DNA of 64,000 bases from Truepera sp. (GTDB taxonomy: Bacteria > Deinococcota > Deinococci > Deinococcales > Trueperaceae). Location of the stretch: NCBI GenBank assembly GCA_965218435.1, contig CBDCKW010000009.1, forward strand, positions 3,880,607 to 3,944,606. Direction: 5' to 3'. A program made the position numbers and the translations under genes. The notes beneath the pieces were generated by a model that had not been told where the DNA came from, made no database searches, and was given only the letters and a program-made list of their open reading frames with translations. Within the stretch, counting starts at the first letter, position 1, and each line of letters opens with the position of its first letter. This document shows positions 28,872 through 38,850 of this stretch, in pieces.

Positions 28872-29990
28872 GTGAGCAGACGTATTACAGTTTTAGGTTC
28901 AACCGGGTCTATCGGGACGCAGGCGCTCGAGGTCGCACAGTGGCGCGGGTTTGAGGTCGTCGGGCTGGCCGCAGGAAAAAATGTCGAGGTTTTGCTGGGG
29001 CAAGTCCGCACCTTTAGGCCGCAGCTCGTCTCGTGCGACGCCGAGGTCGCTGAACAGGTTCGCGCCGGTCTCCCGGCAGGAACGAAGCTCGTCACCGACG
29101 CGGCGGAAGTGGCTGCCCTAGACGCTGATACGGTGGTGAGCGCCATCCCAGGGTTTGCCGGACTGGAGCCGACACTCGCGGCACTCCGGGCGGGTCGGCA
29201 CGTCGCCTTAGCCAACAAAGAAGCGATGGTCGTCGCAGGGCCGCTCGTCTGGGAGGTCGCTAGAACCCACGGCGCAGAGCTTACGCCGGTGGACTCGGAA
29301 CTCTCAGCACTCTTTCAGTGTCTACAAGGTGAACCGCGTGAAGGGGTCGCGGCGCTCGTTTTAACCGCGTCGGGTGGCCCCTTTCGCCTCGGCCCCGAAG
29401 ACCTCTCTAGCGTTACGCCCGAACAGGCGCTCCAACACCCCAACTGGGCGATGGGGCCGAAAGTCACGATAGACTCGGCGACGCTGTTTAACAAAGGGCT
29501 CGAGGTTTTAGAGTCGCACTTCTTCTTCGAGTTGCCCTTAGCGCAGATTGAAGTTGTCATCCACCCGCAATCTTTGGTTCACAGCCTGGTGCGGTTTAAG
29601 GACGGTAACCTCAAGGCGCAGATTGGCCCGCACGATATGCGGCTCCCGCTTCAGGTGGCGCTCACCGTCCCTGAACGCGCTAAGACGCCACTCGAGCCCC
29701 TGCTCTTAACCGGCACCTGGGAGTTTTTTGCGCCGGACCTCGCGCGGTTTCCGAGTCTCGAGCTGGCCTACGAAGCCGGGCGGCTCGGCGGTACAGCTCC
29801 GGCGGTGCTGAACGCTGCGGATGAGGTGGCAGTAGACGCGTTTATGGCGGGACGGATTGGCTTTATGGATATTCCGAGGGCGCTCGAGTACGCCCTTGAG
29901 CACGCCCCACGCGCCAGCCTCAGTTGGGACGCGATCCCCGACGCCGACGCCGACGCTCGCCGTGTGGTGAGAGAACGGTTTAGGTTGTAA
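28872..29990 (+). CDS. dxr: 1-deoxy-D-xylulose 5-phosphate reductoisomerase
   Basis: [37 protein letters not shown]. Confidence 0.96.
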   Translation: MSRRITVLGSTGSIGTQALEVAQWRGFEVVGLAAGKNVEVLLGQVRTFRPQLVSCDAEVAEQVRAGLPAGTKLVTDAAEVAALDADTVVSAIPGFAGLEPTLAALRAGRHVALANKEAMVVAGPLVWEVARTHGAELTPVDSELSALFQCLQGEPREGVAALVLTASGGPFRLGPEDLSSVTPEQALQHPNWAMGPKVTIDSATLFNKGLEVLESHFFFELPLAQIEVVIHPQSLVHSLVRFKDGNLKAQIGPHDMRLPLQVALTVPERAKTPLEPLLLTGTWEFFAPDLARFPSLELAYEAGRLGGTAPAVLNAADEVAVDAFMAGRIGFMDIPRALEYALEHAPRASLSWDAIPDADADARRVVRERFRL

Positions 29991-30117
29991 GCACTATAAG
30001 TTGTAAGCACCATATCTGACAGGCTTTTTGGCATTCAGCTGGCATACTTATAGCTATGAAACTTACACGTTCGGTTACTATCTCGCTCGAGATTTCAGCG
30101 ACTCGGCAGATTCACCT

Positions 30118-31212
30118 ATGCTGACGGCGATCGTCTTTCTACTGATCCTGACTGTTTCAGTAGTGATTCATGAACTGGCCCACTACTTTAACGCTCGCAG
30201 CGTCGGGGTACCGGTCCGCGCTTTTAGCGTCGGCATGGGGCCGGTGCTTTTGCGCAAACAGTGGCGCGGTACCGAGTGGCGGTTGTCACTCTTACCGCTC
30301 GGCGGCTACGTTGACCTGCAGGGTCTGACACCCGAAGAGGCCGAAGACGGCACTATGCGCTACCCGGATACGGGTTTTATGCAGAAAAACTTTTGGCAAA
30401 AAGCGTGGGTGCTCGTCGGCGGCGTGATTGCCAACTTTATCTTGGCGGTGCTGCTGCTCTCCTCGGTTATTACCGCTGATCCCAACTTGCCTGTTCGCAG
30501 CGCGATTACCGGCGAGACGCCGCCGACTTCCGGCGCTGTGTTTGAACGGATCATACCCGGTAGCGCCGCCCAGCGTTTCGGCCTTCAACCCGGCGATGAA
30601 GTCGTACAACTGAACGGCCTCAGAAACCCCAATGTCGCCCAAGTACAAGACGTTATCCGTAACGCCACCAAGCTCAACTTAGTCGTCAAGCGAGGAGACG
30701 AGCAGGTGCGCGTTACTAAGCCGTGGCCCCCCGAAGACGGTAGCGAAGTCCCTCAGTTGGGTGTAGGGATTGCGCCGGTCAGCGTCGGCAGCTTGCCGCC
30801 TGTCGCTTTCGGCACGGCGCTCGTCCAAACGACCTCGTTTTTAGTCCGGGTCGTGCCTGAGTCGGTCGGTGGCTTTGTCCGTGGGTTCGGCGAGACCTTT
30901 GTCGGTCAGCGGAGTGCGGAGGTCGTAGGGCCGGTCGGCATGGTCGGGCTGGCGGGGCAGGCGACGCAGGGCGGGTGGCTCTCTATCCTGACGTTTGCGG
31001 GCTTGATCAACTTTTCGCTCACTATTTTTAACCTGTTGCCGATTCCCGGTCTCGATGGGGGCCGTATCTTGCTCGCGGCAGTTGCGGCGGTGCGGGGTAG
31101 GCCGTTCAAACCAGGACAAGAGGAGTTTGTCAACTTTTTAGGCATCGCTATCTTGATGCTTTTCGTGGTGCTTGTGAGCTTTGGCGAAGTGGGCGATTTG
31201 CTGCGCCGTTAG
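30118..31212 (+). CDS. rseP: RseP-like M50 intramembrane metalloprotease with PDZ domain
   Basis: HELAH, PLGGYV, NLLPIPGLDGG; follows dxr. Confidence 0.9.
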   Translation: MLTAIVFLLILTVSVVIHELAHYFNARSVGVPVRAFSVGMGPVLLRKQWRGTEWRLSLLPLGGYVDLQGLTPEEAEDGTMRYPDTGFMQKNFWQKAWVLVGGVIANFILAVLLLSSVITADPNLPVRSAITGETPPTSGAVFERIIPGSAAQRFGLQPGDEVVQLNGLRNPNVAQVQDVIRNATKLNLVVKRGDEQVRVTKPWPPEDGSEVPQLGVGIAPVSVGSLPPVAFGTALVQTTSFLVRVVPESVGGFVRGFGETFVGQRSAEVVGPVGMVGLAGQATQGGWLSILTFAGLINFSLTIFNLLPIPGLDGGRILLAAVAAVRGRPFKPGQEEFVNFLGIAILMLFVVLVSFGEVGDLLRR

Positions 31213-31237
31213 GGTACGCTCAGGGTAAACTTGACAG

Positions 31238-31879
31238 ATGCTCACGTGCGCTGTTCTTGTCCCCGCCTATAACGAAGCGGCCCACGTTGCACGCGTGATC
31301 GGGGTAGCACGGGCCGCCGCACTGGGGCCGGTTTGGGTGATTGATGACGGCTCGAGCGACGCTACCATCCAAGCCGCCCAAGCTGCCGGAGCCGAGGTTT
31401 TACAGCTGCCGGACAATCGGGGCAAAGGGGGCGCGGTCTTCGCCGGGGCCGCGCACGTAGATACCGACGTGGTGGTTCTGCTAGACGCTGACCTCTTGGG
31501 TCTGACCCCGAACCATATCCAAAAACTGGCTGAACCGGTGCTCTCAAGCACCGCCACGATGACACGTGGAATGTTCTCCGGCGGGCGCTGGCGCACCACG
31601 GCGGCGCAGCACCTGACGCCGCAGCTCAACGGGCAGCGGGCCATCCTTCGCAGCAAGCTCTTAGAAGTCGCGGGTCTCGCTGATAGCCGTTACGGAATTG
31701 AGATTGCCATTACCGAACACGCCAAACGTGCGGGCTGGCCGGTGTGCGACGTACCGCTGTACGGCGTCTCACAGGTCATGAAAGAAGAAAAACGCGGCTT
31801 TTGGGTGGGTTTGGGCGTCCGCCTTAAGATGTACCGGGAGATTTTTCGTGAGCTGTTCCGGGGTTGGGCGAGGCGTTAG
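31238..31879 (+). CDS. Glycosyltransferase family 2
   Basis: VPAYNE, DDGSSD, NRGKG, DAD; leaderless TAAACT-N6-ATG. Confidence 0.9.
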   Translation: MLTCAVLVPAYNEAAHVARVIGVARAAALGPVWVIDDGSSDATIQAAQAAGAEVLQLPDNRGKGGAVFAGAAHVDTDVVVLLDADLLGLTPNHIQKLAEPVLSSTATMTRGMFSGGRWRTTAAQHLTPQLNGQRAILRSKLLEVAGLADSRYGIEIAITEHAKRAGWPVCDVPLYGVSQVMKEEKRGFWVGLGVRLKMYREIFRELFRGWARR

Positions 31880-31953
31880 CCGGTTTTTAGCTGACGTGCG
31901 CAAGGCACCTCACGGCTGAAAGTTTACTGGTTTCTCGAGGAAGGGGCACACAG

Positions 31954-32820
31954 ATGATTCACCGGTTCCAGGTCGGCAATCGCTGCATGGTCCTCAGTGA
32001 CGGGCAGATGCGGCCACCTTGGGAACCGGCGTGGGACGTGTTCTTTGGTGCCGATACCGGCGTTTCTGACGAGGCGTTGGCCCAAGCCGTTGCTGAGGAA
32101 GGACAACACCGCAGCAGCGTCGCCCTCGGCTACAACTGCCTCTACGTTGAGACTGACAACGGCGCGGTGCTGCTAGATACTGGGCTAGGTCAAAACTTCT
32201 TGGGCTACGGCCCGGAGCTTGGCGCTCAGGTCGGGAACTTGGGTGACACGCTAACCCTTGCCGGGGTCCGCAGGCAGGACGTTGCAACAGTCATCCTGAC
32301 GCACCTGCACCAAGATCATGTCCGCGGAACCATCACCTCGGGCAGGCTGACGTTTCCCAACGCGGAGCATATCGTTACCACCGCCGAGGCGACCTTTTGG
32401 GAAAACATCGGAGAACGTGCGGACCTCGCCGACCACATTGGGGTTGCGGGTGCTGCCCTGGAGATCATTGGGGATCAACTCGAGCGAGTCGAGTACGGCA
32501 CCGAAATCCTTCCCGGCATTCGTACGGTTGCTGCCGCCGGACATACGCCGGGGCACATGGCCGTCATGCTCGGCTCAGAGGGAGAACAACTGCTCTACCT
32601 AGGTGATACTTTTTACGACCCCATCCAGCTGCGCCGACCGGCGTGGTGGACGCGCTACGACCTAGAGCCGCACCAAGCGGTCGCCAGCCGCCGCGAGTTG
32701 GCGGCTTGGGCAGCTGACCAAAACTTGCTCGTCCACGCTTATCATCTGCCGTTTCCGGGTTTGGGGCGGATTAACCGGCTCGGGGGAGCCTTCGAGTGGC
32801 AGGATAGCCGTGGCGCATAA
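31954..32820 (+). CDS. MBL-fold metallo-hydrolase
   Basis: THLHQDH, GHTPGH, GD, HLPFPG. Confidence 0.9.
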   Translation: MIHRFQVGNRCMVLSDGQMRPPWEPAWDVFFGADTGVSDEALAQAVAEEGQHRSSVALGYNCLYVETDNGAVLLDTGLGQNFLGYGPELGAQVGNLGDTLTLAGVRRQDVATVILTHLHQDHVRGTITSGRLTFPNAEHIVTTAEATFWENIGERADLADHIGVAGAALEIIGDQLERVEYGTEILPGIRTVAAAGHTPGHMAVMLGSEGEQLLYLGDTFYDPIQLRRPAWWTRYDLEPHQAVASRRELAAWAADQNLLVHAYHLPFPGLGRINRLGGAFEWQDSRGA

Positions 32821-33042
32821 GGTTGAGCGTTTAGCCGAGTGGCGTCCCGCTTTCTCGAGTAACGCTCCCCGGTAACCAGGGTTTTACCGGGATACGGACC
32901 CGACATAAAGGTTGGCGTGGCGGATAGACCCATTTTTGCAGTGATATAGCCTAGATGAGGCAAGAGCAAGTTTGAATCTCTATGCCTGACGGTGGCTCTC
33001 TAAACTTTACTGTTGCAAATAATGGTCGCGCTTAGCTAATGA

Positions 33043-33972
33043 CTATTTGAGGGCCTCGAGCCGCTCTCTAAGCTGCGCTGTTCGTATTTGGGTAAGGGTC
33101 GTCATGCATCCGTCACGTACCATCGGCTCTGCTTGCCCACCCTCAAAAAACTCCGCAGCTTCAAATAAACACTCCGTTTCCCGAAAGGCGAGCCAGTGAC
33201 GCTGCGCTACACCAAGTCGCTCCTTTTGTTTCGGCCGGACTTGCTGGAGGAGTGCGCAGTAAACCGTTTTCATTTTGACGTCAGCCTCATTTTGCTCTTT
33301 AGCTGCACACGTATTGAGGACAAGCTGGTTGGTTGCTCCCGCACAGGGGTCTGAAGCTGACTTACTGCTAAGCTTCCAGGCGGCGTCTCCCTCGCTCAAC
33401 CATGCGCTGTTAGTAGTGCGCTCCAGCACAGCCGGGTTGTCACAGTCACGGGGCAGGTCAGCGGGCCAAGTCGCCTCATCACCCAGCGACCACCACACCT
33501 GAACCTCTTTGAGTCTGCCCCCTAAAACACGGTACTCGCGCCGCGTGACCTCAGCTGCGTTTTCATAAATCCAGGCCAGGATTTGCGGCGGGCCGTCCGG
33601 CTGGGGGCAGACCTGAACACTGTCGTAACCGACAAACATCTCACCGGCGCTCGTAAAGGTGTGGTCGGTACGCGCGAGAAACACCTCGAATGAACACTCG
33701 GCGTGAACGCCGCAAAAGGCTCCGAACGCATAGTCACGGCTGCCGTCTCCGTCAAAGTCGGCGCTGAGGCGGTAAATGTCTGTCGCACCTTCGCCGTTGC
33801 CCCACCGCTCCGGTGAGACGGCGTAGTGGGGTTGCGCGTAAGTGCCTGTCACTGTGAGCGCCGTTAAAAGGAGCAAAACGAGTTGGTAAAATCTCGTTGC
33901 CGGTTTTGCAGCCGTATGGGGCAAGTTGCGCTTTGGTATCAGACATCGGCAAGCTAAAAAGGACACAATCAA
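33043..33972 (-). CDS. Secreted protein with C-terminal LprI/DUF1311 domain
   Basis: C..ATNQ..LNTC...QRHWLAFRETEC...C...RTAQL; N-terminal DFDGDG repeat and hydrophobic signal; start uncertain. Confidence 0.75.
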   Translation of the reverse strand: MIVSFLACRCLIPKRNLPHTAAKPATRFYQLVLLLLTALTVTGTYAQPHYAVSPERWGNGEGATDIYRLSADFDGDGSRDYAFGAFCGVHAECSFEVFLARTDHTFTSAGEMFVGYDSVQVCPQPDGPPQILAWIYENAAEVTRREYRVLGGRLKEVQVWWSLGDEATWPADLPRDCDNPAVLERTTNSAWLSEGDAAWKLSSKSASDPCAGATNQLVLNTCAAKEQNEADVKMKTVYCALLQQVRPKQKERLGVAQRHWLAFRETECLFEAAEFFEGGQAEPMVRDGCMTTLTQIRTAQLRERLEALK

Positions 33973-34448
33973 CCAGCCTGTTGCCGTATCAGGTTCTCTA
34001 GCTGAAACGCGTGGCGGATGGGGTGCATGACGGCGTGCTCTAACATCGCGTCAATCCAGTAGGGCATCCCAGGGGTGTAAAGCTCAGGGGGCGGCTCGAG
34101 CCTCTCATCTGAAACTTCGGCCAGGGGCAACCGCCAGCGTGCCAAGACGTGCCTCAGGTACTCATCCGCTTCCGTTTCGATAGTGTCAACTTTCGGCACC
34201 GGTTTAATCTCGGGGTCGGGCAGCCCTAAGTTTTTGCACATCCCAACCATGTAACTTCCAGCTGAGCGCAAAACATGCTGGAGCAACGTTTCTAAAGAGC
34301 GGTAGTGTTTATCGTCTGTTTCGGGAAGGTGAACGTCGGCTGCTTTGGCCTGCTTCCAGATCGCCACGCACTGCCGCAGGTGCTTTTCATGCAGTAACAC
34401 CAAGGCTCTTGCGCCTCGAGATTTGTAATCGCTGAGTTCTTCGGGCAT
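33969..34448 (-). CDS. DinB-like hypothetical protein
   Basis: LLQHV ... MLEHAVMHPIRH His pattern of DinB four-helix bundles. Confidence 0.6.
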   Translation of the reverse strand: MPEELSDYKSRGARALVLLHEKHLRQCVAIWKQAKAADVHLPETDDKHYRSLETLLQHVLRSAGSYMVGMCKNLGLPDPEIKPVPKVDTIETEADEYLRHVLARWRLPLAEVSDERLEPPPELYTPGMPYWIDAMLEHAVMHPIRHAFQLENLIRQQAG

Positions 34449-34541
34449 ATTACCTCCTATCTAAAAGCTCTCGCTTGACGGGCCTGCTGCCCACGACTTT
34501 CTGTATGTTCTGATAAAGTGCCTTAGAACTCGAGTATAGCG

Positions 34542-35282
34542 ATGTCAACCGACGACCTGCTGACCTATCTTTTTAACGGGCAACCGCACCTACTCTTTTC
34601 GCCGTTGGCGACGTGGCTGGCGTCCTCACGCCGGTTCCGCGAGTTCGTCACCACCTTCCGAGCCAAAATCCGTAAAAAACTGCGCAGCACGCAAGACAAA
34701 GAAAGTTTATACGACCTGCATTTTGAATTAGGGACGGCCTATCTGCTCGTTCGGGAACGAGCTTTGAGTTTGGTCTACGAACCGCAGTGCGGCGGGGAAC
34801 GGTGTCCTGACTTCTCGGTAACTACGACCAGCTTGACCTTGATGCTCGAGGTCACCAGGCAGCGGCCAAGCTCAGATATCGCATCAACGCTGACCCAAAA
34901 GCACCTGCCGCCGCATGTGGCTGAACGCCTCACCCAAACGGTTTGTGGCAAACTCGGCCAACTATCAAAGCTGCACAGCAACGTCCTCGTCGTCGGCCTC
35001 GACGCTGGTCTTGACGCTATGTGTTCCGCTCACGACCTCAGCGCCCTGATGCTCAGGCTCAAGCAGCGCGTGGAGCGTGGCGGTCCGAGCTTGGTGCAGC
35101 GGTATGGGTTTCGGGACCGGGCCGACTTCTTCGGGCATTACGGGCGGCTAAGTGAAGTTCTTGTGCGTAGACCGCACGTTGACACCGGAGAGATTATTGA
35201 ATGGCTCAATCCAGAGGCAAAACGTCCTTTACCTGCCAAGGTGCGGACAGTGCTGCTTCGCAGCCACACATCACAGCACTAG
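34542..35282 (+). CDS. Hypothetical protein with possible PD-(D/E)xK fold
   Basis: 246-aa ORF; YEP..RCPDFSV..LMLEVTR. Confidence 0.6.
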   Translation: MSTDDLLTYLFNGQPHLLFSPLATWLASSRRFREFVTTFRAKIRKKLRSTQDKESLYDLHFELGTAYLLVRERALSLVYEPQCGGERCPDFSVTTTSLTLMLEVTRQRPSSDIASTLTQKHLPPHVAERLTQTVCGKLGQLSKLHSNVLVVGLDAGLDAMCSAHDLSALMLRLKQRVERGGPSLVQRYGFRDRADFFGHYGRLSEVLVRRPHVDTGEIIEWLNPEAKRPLPAKVRTVLLRSHTSQH

Positions 35283-35315
35283 CGTGAACCGTTTAGAAGC
35301 TGAAAGCCTGCAGGC

Positions 35316-36431
35316 TCACAGCTCGAGCATGTCCGGCCTCATCTTGCCGCCGACCTCCACGCTCGGCCAGTCGGGGTCATGGGTTAAGACCTCGAGCGTG
35401 TCGCCTTGTAAAAACATTGTATCTTCAACCTTGAGCCCGGTGACTGACGGGTTCCAGGCGTAGGCGCTGCCCTCGACTAACATCTTGTCGCCGCCCGCTT
35501 GTAAAATCCAGTCGCGCGTCTCGTAGCCGCACGCGCCGCCCTGATGGTGCTTGGCCCACGCGTCTGTAAAGCCTTCACGCTCATACGCGCGCTGCATCTC
35601 TAAAAAGAGTTCGCGGGTCAAGACGCCGTGTTGGGTGTATTCAAATAGGGTGCGCTCGACCTCCAAAAGACCCATGTAGGCGGCCCTAGCGTCATCAGTC
35701 AGTGCCTTCGCTGAAACAAGGCGCGTCAGATTGGCGTACAGCCCGCCACGCCGCGCACAGGTCACGACCATCACCCGGTCGTGAAACATATTCTCTGTGG
35801 GCTGTGGGTGTTTGTAGCGTTGCAGCCGCTCGTCAGCAGCGACTAAAATCAGTGCGGGCTGCATCCCCCGCTCACGCAGCGCGTAGGCGGTGCGGGCGGC
35901 AATCTCGTGTTCGCTCAGGCCCGGTGTCAGGGTCTTGAGGGTTTCAGTCAACGCTTGTGCGGCGTCTCGGCCCAGAGCGCGGTAACGCGCCACTTCGCTC
36001 TCCGTGAGCGGCACGCGGAGTGGCCAGAAATCTCTGAGAGTAACTTCGGCAACGCCTGTAAGCGCCGGAGTGTCAGCGATGACCTTGCCCGCGTCCAAAA
36101 GCTCTTTTAACAGCAACGTTTTGGCGTCGGGCTCAAACCACGGATAGTAAAGCGTGTCCACGCCGGGGGGAAAGGCTTCGCGCTCGAGCCTGTCCCGTTC
36201 AACTTCTGAGAGCAGCACCACGATCTGTTTTTGGGTAACGACCGCCTCGGCGACGGGCGCATCGACAAATGAGACGAGCGCGTCGCCGCCGCACAAGAGC
36301 CACGCCAGGTTACCTAATTTGCCCAGATGCACCGCTGAGGCGTTGTTCGCCGCCATCATCTTGCGCAGGCGTATAAGTTTGGTCCCTAATTCAGCCTTTA
36401 CACCTTCAGCGTTGTTATCCAGATCAGACAT
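35316..36431 (-). CDS. M24 family (Xaa-Pro) peptidase
   Basis: HHQGG..GY, WNPS, KVEDT. Confidence 0.85.
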   Translation of the reverse strand: MSDLDNNAEGVKAELGTKLIRLRKMMAANNASAVHLGKLGNLAWLLCGGDALVSFVDAPVAEAVVTQKQIVVLLSEVERDRLEREAFPPGVDTLYYPWFEPDAKTLLLKELLDAGKVIADTPALTGVAEVTLRDFWPLRVPLTESEVARYRALGRDAAQALTETLKTLTPGLSEHEIAARTAYALRERGMQPALILVAADERLQRYKHPQPTENMFHDRVMVVTCARRGGLYANLTRLVSAKALTDDARAAYMGLLEVERTLFEYTQHGVLTRELFLEMQRAYEREGFTDAWAKHHQGGACGYETRDWILQAGGDKMLVEGSAYAWNPSVTGLKVEDTMFLQGDTLEVLTHDPDWPSVEVGGKMRPDMLEL

Positions 36432-36432
36432 C

Positions 36433-37110
36433 TTAAACCTCGGTTTCTGCGGTCTCTTTGAGCTGAGTTTCGGTCATCATATCGCCGTCGTCATCTAACG
36501 GTGGAAAAGATTGACCCAACTCCCTTAACTGCGCGGCTTGGTGTGGATGTAGATATTCAAATACCCGGCGCTGCCGTTCGGTTTCGCTCAGCTGAGGCGT
36601 GTCGTAAAGGCCAGCCCCCAACCTCTGCCTTTGCGCTTCAAACAAAATGACTGCCGCTGCCACCGACACATTTAAGGACTGCACCATTCCCAACATCGGG
36701 ATGACGATGTGCGCGTGGGCCAGCTCTGCCGCCTCATCCGAGACGCCGTGTTTTTCGTTGCCCAGTAAGATACAGGTCGGTTTGGTGTAGTCCACCGCGC
36801 GGTAATCTTGCGCCTGGTCTGAGAAATGCGCCGCCAAAAGCTGCACCTCACCGAGCGCAGCTTTCGCCTCCGCGAGCGACGTATGAACCCGAAGCTCAAC
36901 CCATTTGTCGGCACTTGCGCTCGTCTCGTTATAGGTCGGGACGCCGCCGGTCGGGTTGACCGCGTGAACCGTGCCGATACCCACCGCGTCACAACTTCTT
37001 AAAATAGCCGACAAGTTGTGCGGTTTATGCACGTTTTCGGCTAGCACGCTCAGGTTGCTCTGGCGCTTCTCTAACATCGTCCAAATCTTTTGATAGCGTC
37101 TTTTCGTCAC
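36433..37110 (-). CDS. trmH: tRNA (guanosine(18)-2'-O)-methyltransferase
   Basis: HKPHNLSAILRSCDAVG, GNEKHGVS, IPMLGMVQSLNVSVA. Start set at leaderless TATGCT-N7-GTG. Confidence 0.93.
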   Translation of the reverse strand: MTKRRYQKIWTMLEKRQSNLSVLAENVHKPHNLSAILRSCDAVGIGTVHAVNPTGGVPTYNETSASADKWVELRVHTSLAEAKAALGEVQLLAAHFSDQAQDYRAVDYTKPTCILLGNEKHGVSDEAAELAHAHIVIPMLGMVQSLNVSVAAAVILFEAQRQRLGAGLYDTPQLSETERQRRVFEYLHPHQAAQLRELGQSFPPLDDDGDMMTETQLKETAETEV

Positions 37111-37203
37111 GCGCTCCAGCATACGCCGCGCCGTGTCTAGAATCTTGCTGCCGCTCGTGCTTGACACGCGCTAAAGCCGCCCGGTATCATCAGCGTTGCA
37201 CTT

Positions 37204-37291
37204 GCCGAGGTGGCGGAATAGGTAGACGCGCCAGCTTGAGGGGCTGGTCTCCGTTACGGAGGTAGGGGTTCAAGTCCCCTCCTCGGCACCA
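37204..37291 (+). tRNA. tRNA-Leu (GAG)
   Basis: GCCGAGGTGGCGGAATAGG...CCAGCTT-GAG-GGGCTGG, long variable arm, CCA end. Confidence 0.96.
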
Positions 37292-37303
37292 CTAAGAAAT
37301 GTT

Positions 37304-37336
37304 TGAGCTGACCTTCGGGCCAGCTTTCTTTTTTTA
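37304..37336 (+). terminator. Intrinsic terminator after tRNA-Leu
   Basis: AGCTGACC-TTCG-GGCCAGCT followed by a T tract. Confidence 0.75.
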
Positions 37337-37449
37337 GCACGGTTTCCGTAAAACGTTGCTTCTTAGACTTGCTTTTATGGCCGATCTCGTTGCGGCAAAA
37401 CTTTGAGTCTTGCCTCGAGCCCTCCCGTAAAAGTCTCGAGGCCCTAACT

Positions 37450-38763
37450 TTACGCGTATATATCGTCCCGTGACGGCGGTATCTCCACCCTGCCCATCGC
37501 GTCGGGTTTGGCAAGCAGCGCCTGGTGCAGCGCCACGTGGCCGTAAGCAAACTGCAAGGCGGCGGCGCTCAGGTGAAAACGCCGGAGGCGGGCGAGTTCG
37601 GTGCCGACTTCAGCGACCATCGCGTCCCAGTTGGTGTCCAGGTTTTGTGCCCAGAACCGCAACGTTTTGGCGTAATGCTCGCGCAAATCTTCAACGTCGC
37701 GGACTTCAAAGCCGGTCTCTTCGGCGGTTTTTAGCGTCTGCCAGATAGGGATGATCTCGCCGTCGGGGAAAATGTAGCGTTCAGAGAGTTCACCGGAAAT
37801 GACCGTCGTCGGGATGTCTTGCGCCCTCGAGCCCTGCGAAATTGCGTGGTTCATCATCAGGCCGCCCGGTTTCAGGTGGTCAAAGGCCGTTTTGAAATAT
37901 TCCGGAAGCTGGTCGCCGCCGACATGCTCGGACATGCCGACGCTGACAATCTTGTCGAAGTCGCCCTCAATGTCGCGGTAGTGACGCAGCTCGAGCCCAA
38001 TCTTGTCACTCAGCCCCGCTTGTTCGACGCGGTTTCGTCCTTCGTTAAGTTGCTTTTGTGAGAGCGTCACCCCAACGACCTCTACGCCGTAGTTTTGCGC
38101 GGCGTAGATCGCCAACCCGCCCCAACCACAGCCGATGTCGAGCAACCGTTCCCCGGGTGTTAAGCGGAGTTTGCGGCAGATCAGCTCGAGCTTAGCGGTT
38201 TGCGCGTCGGCTAGGGTCTCGTCCCCGTGCGGAAAGTAGGCGCACGAATAGACGAGCCGAGGGTCTAAGAGCAGTTCGTAAAAGCGGTTCGAGATGTCGT
38301 AGTGGTGCTGTACAGCCTGCTGATCTCGTTCTTTGCTGTGTTTGCGCCCGCGCAGTACCGTCCCGAGTGGCAGCGAACTGAGACCCGCGTGACGGCGCAA
38401 GCTCGCCGCGCCCTGCGCCAGCTGTGCCCAATCTAAGGGCGAAAGCCTGAGGCCAAAGGTTTCAATCACCTCGAAGACGGCCTCGTGGTCGCCTTCAATA
38501 TCTATATCGCCGCGAATGTACGCTTCCCCGGCGGCGAGGTCTAAGGGGGGCTCGAGCACGCGTCCCAACGTGTCGCTGCCCTGAATGACCAGTGTGGCTT
38601 TGGGCGGCTCGGTACTGCTCGGCAACACCGTCCCGTCCCAGAGGCGCACTGCGAAGGGGCGCTCTTCCGGGAGCAGCTTTCCGAGTAGACTCAGCGTGAC
38701 AGCCTTGACATCAGCTTCTTTAGCGGCTTCTTTGGTCTCTTTGTCTCGAGTTTTGCCCCACAT
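37450..38763 (-). CDS. cfa: Cyclopropane-fatty-acyl-phospholipid synthase family methyltransferase
   Basis: HHYD, YSCAYF, LDIGCGWG, EHVG, YIFPDG. Confidence 0.9.
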   Translation of the reverse strand: MWGKTRDKETKEAAKEADVKAVTLSLLGKLLPEERPFAVRLWDGTVLPSSTEPPKATLVIQGSDTLGRVLEPPLDLAAGEAYIRGDIDIEGDHEAVFEVIETFGLRLSPLDWAQLAQGAASLRRHAGLSSLPLGTVLRGRKHSKERDQQAVQHHYDISNRFYELLLDPRLVYSCAYFPHGDETLADAQTAKLELICRKLRLTPGERLLDIGCGWGGLAIYAAQNYGVEVVGVTLSQKQLNEGRNRVEQAGLSDKIGLELRHYRDIEGDFDKIVSVGMSEHVGGDQLPEYFKTAFDHLKPGGLMMNHAISQGSRAQDIPTTVISGELSERYIFPDGEIIPIWQTLKTAEETGFEVRDVEDLREHYAKTLRFWAQNLDTNWDAMVAEVGTELARLRRFHLSAAALQFAYGHVALHQALLAKPDAMGRVEIPPSRDDIYA

Positions 38764-38850
38764 GATTTTACCCCCTCAGAGCGGCCTTACTGCTGCGATG
38801 GTTGCATAAAAATAACGACCGGAAATGTCGCGTCAATACGGTGTCGTGCG

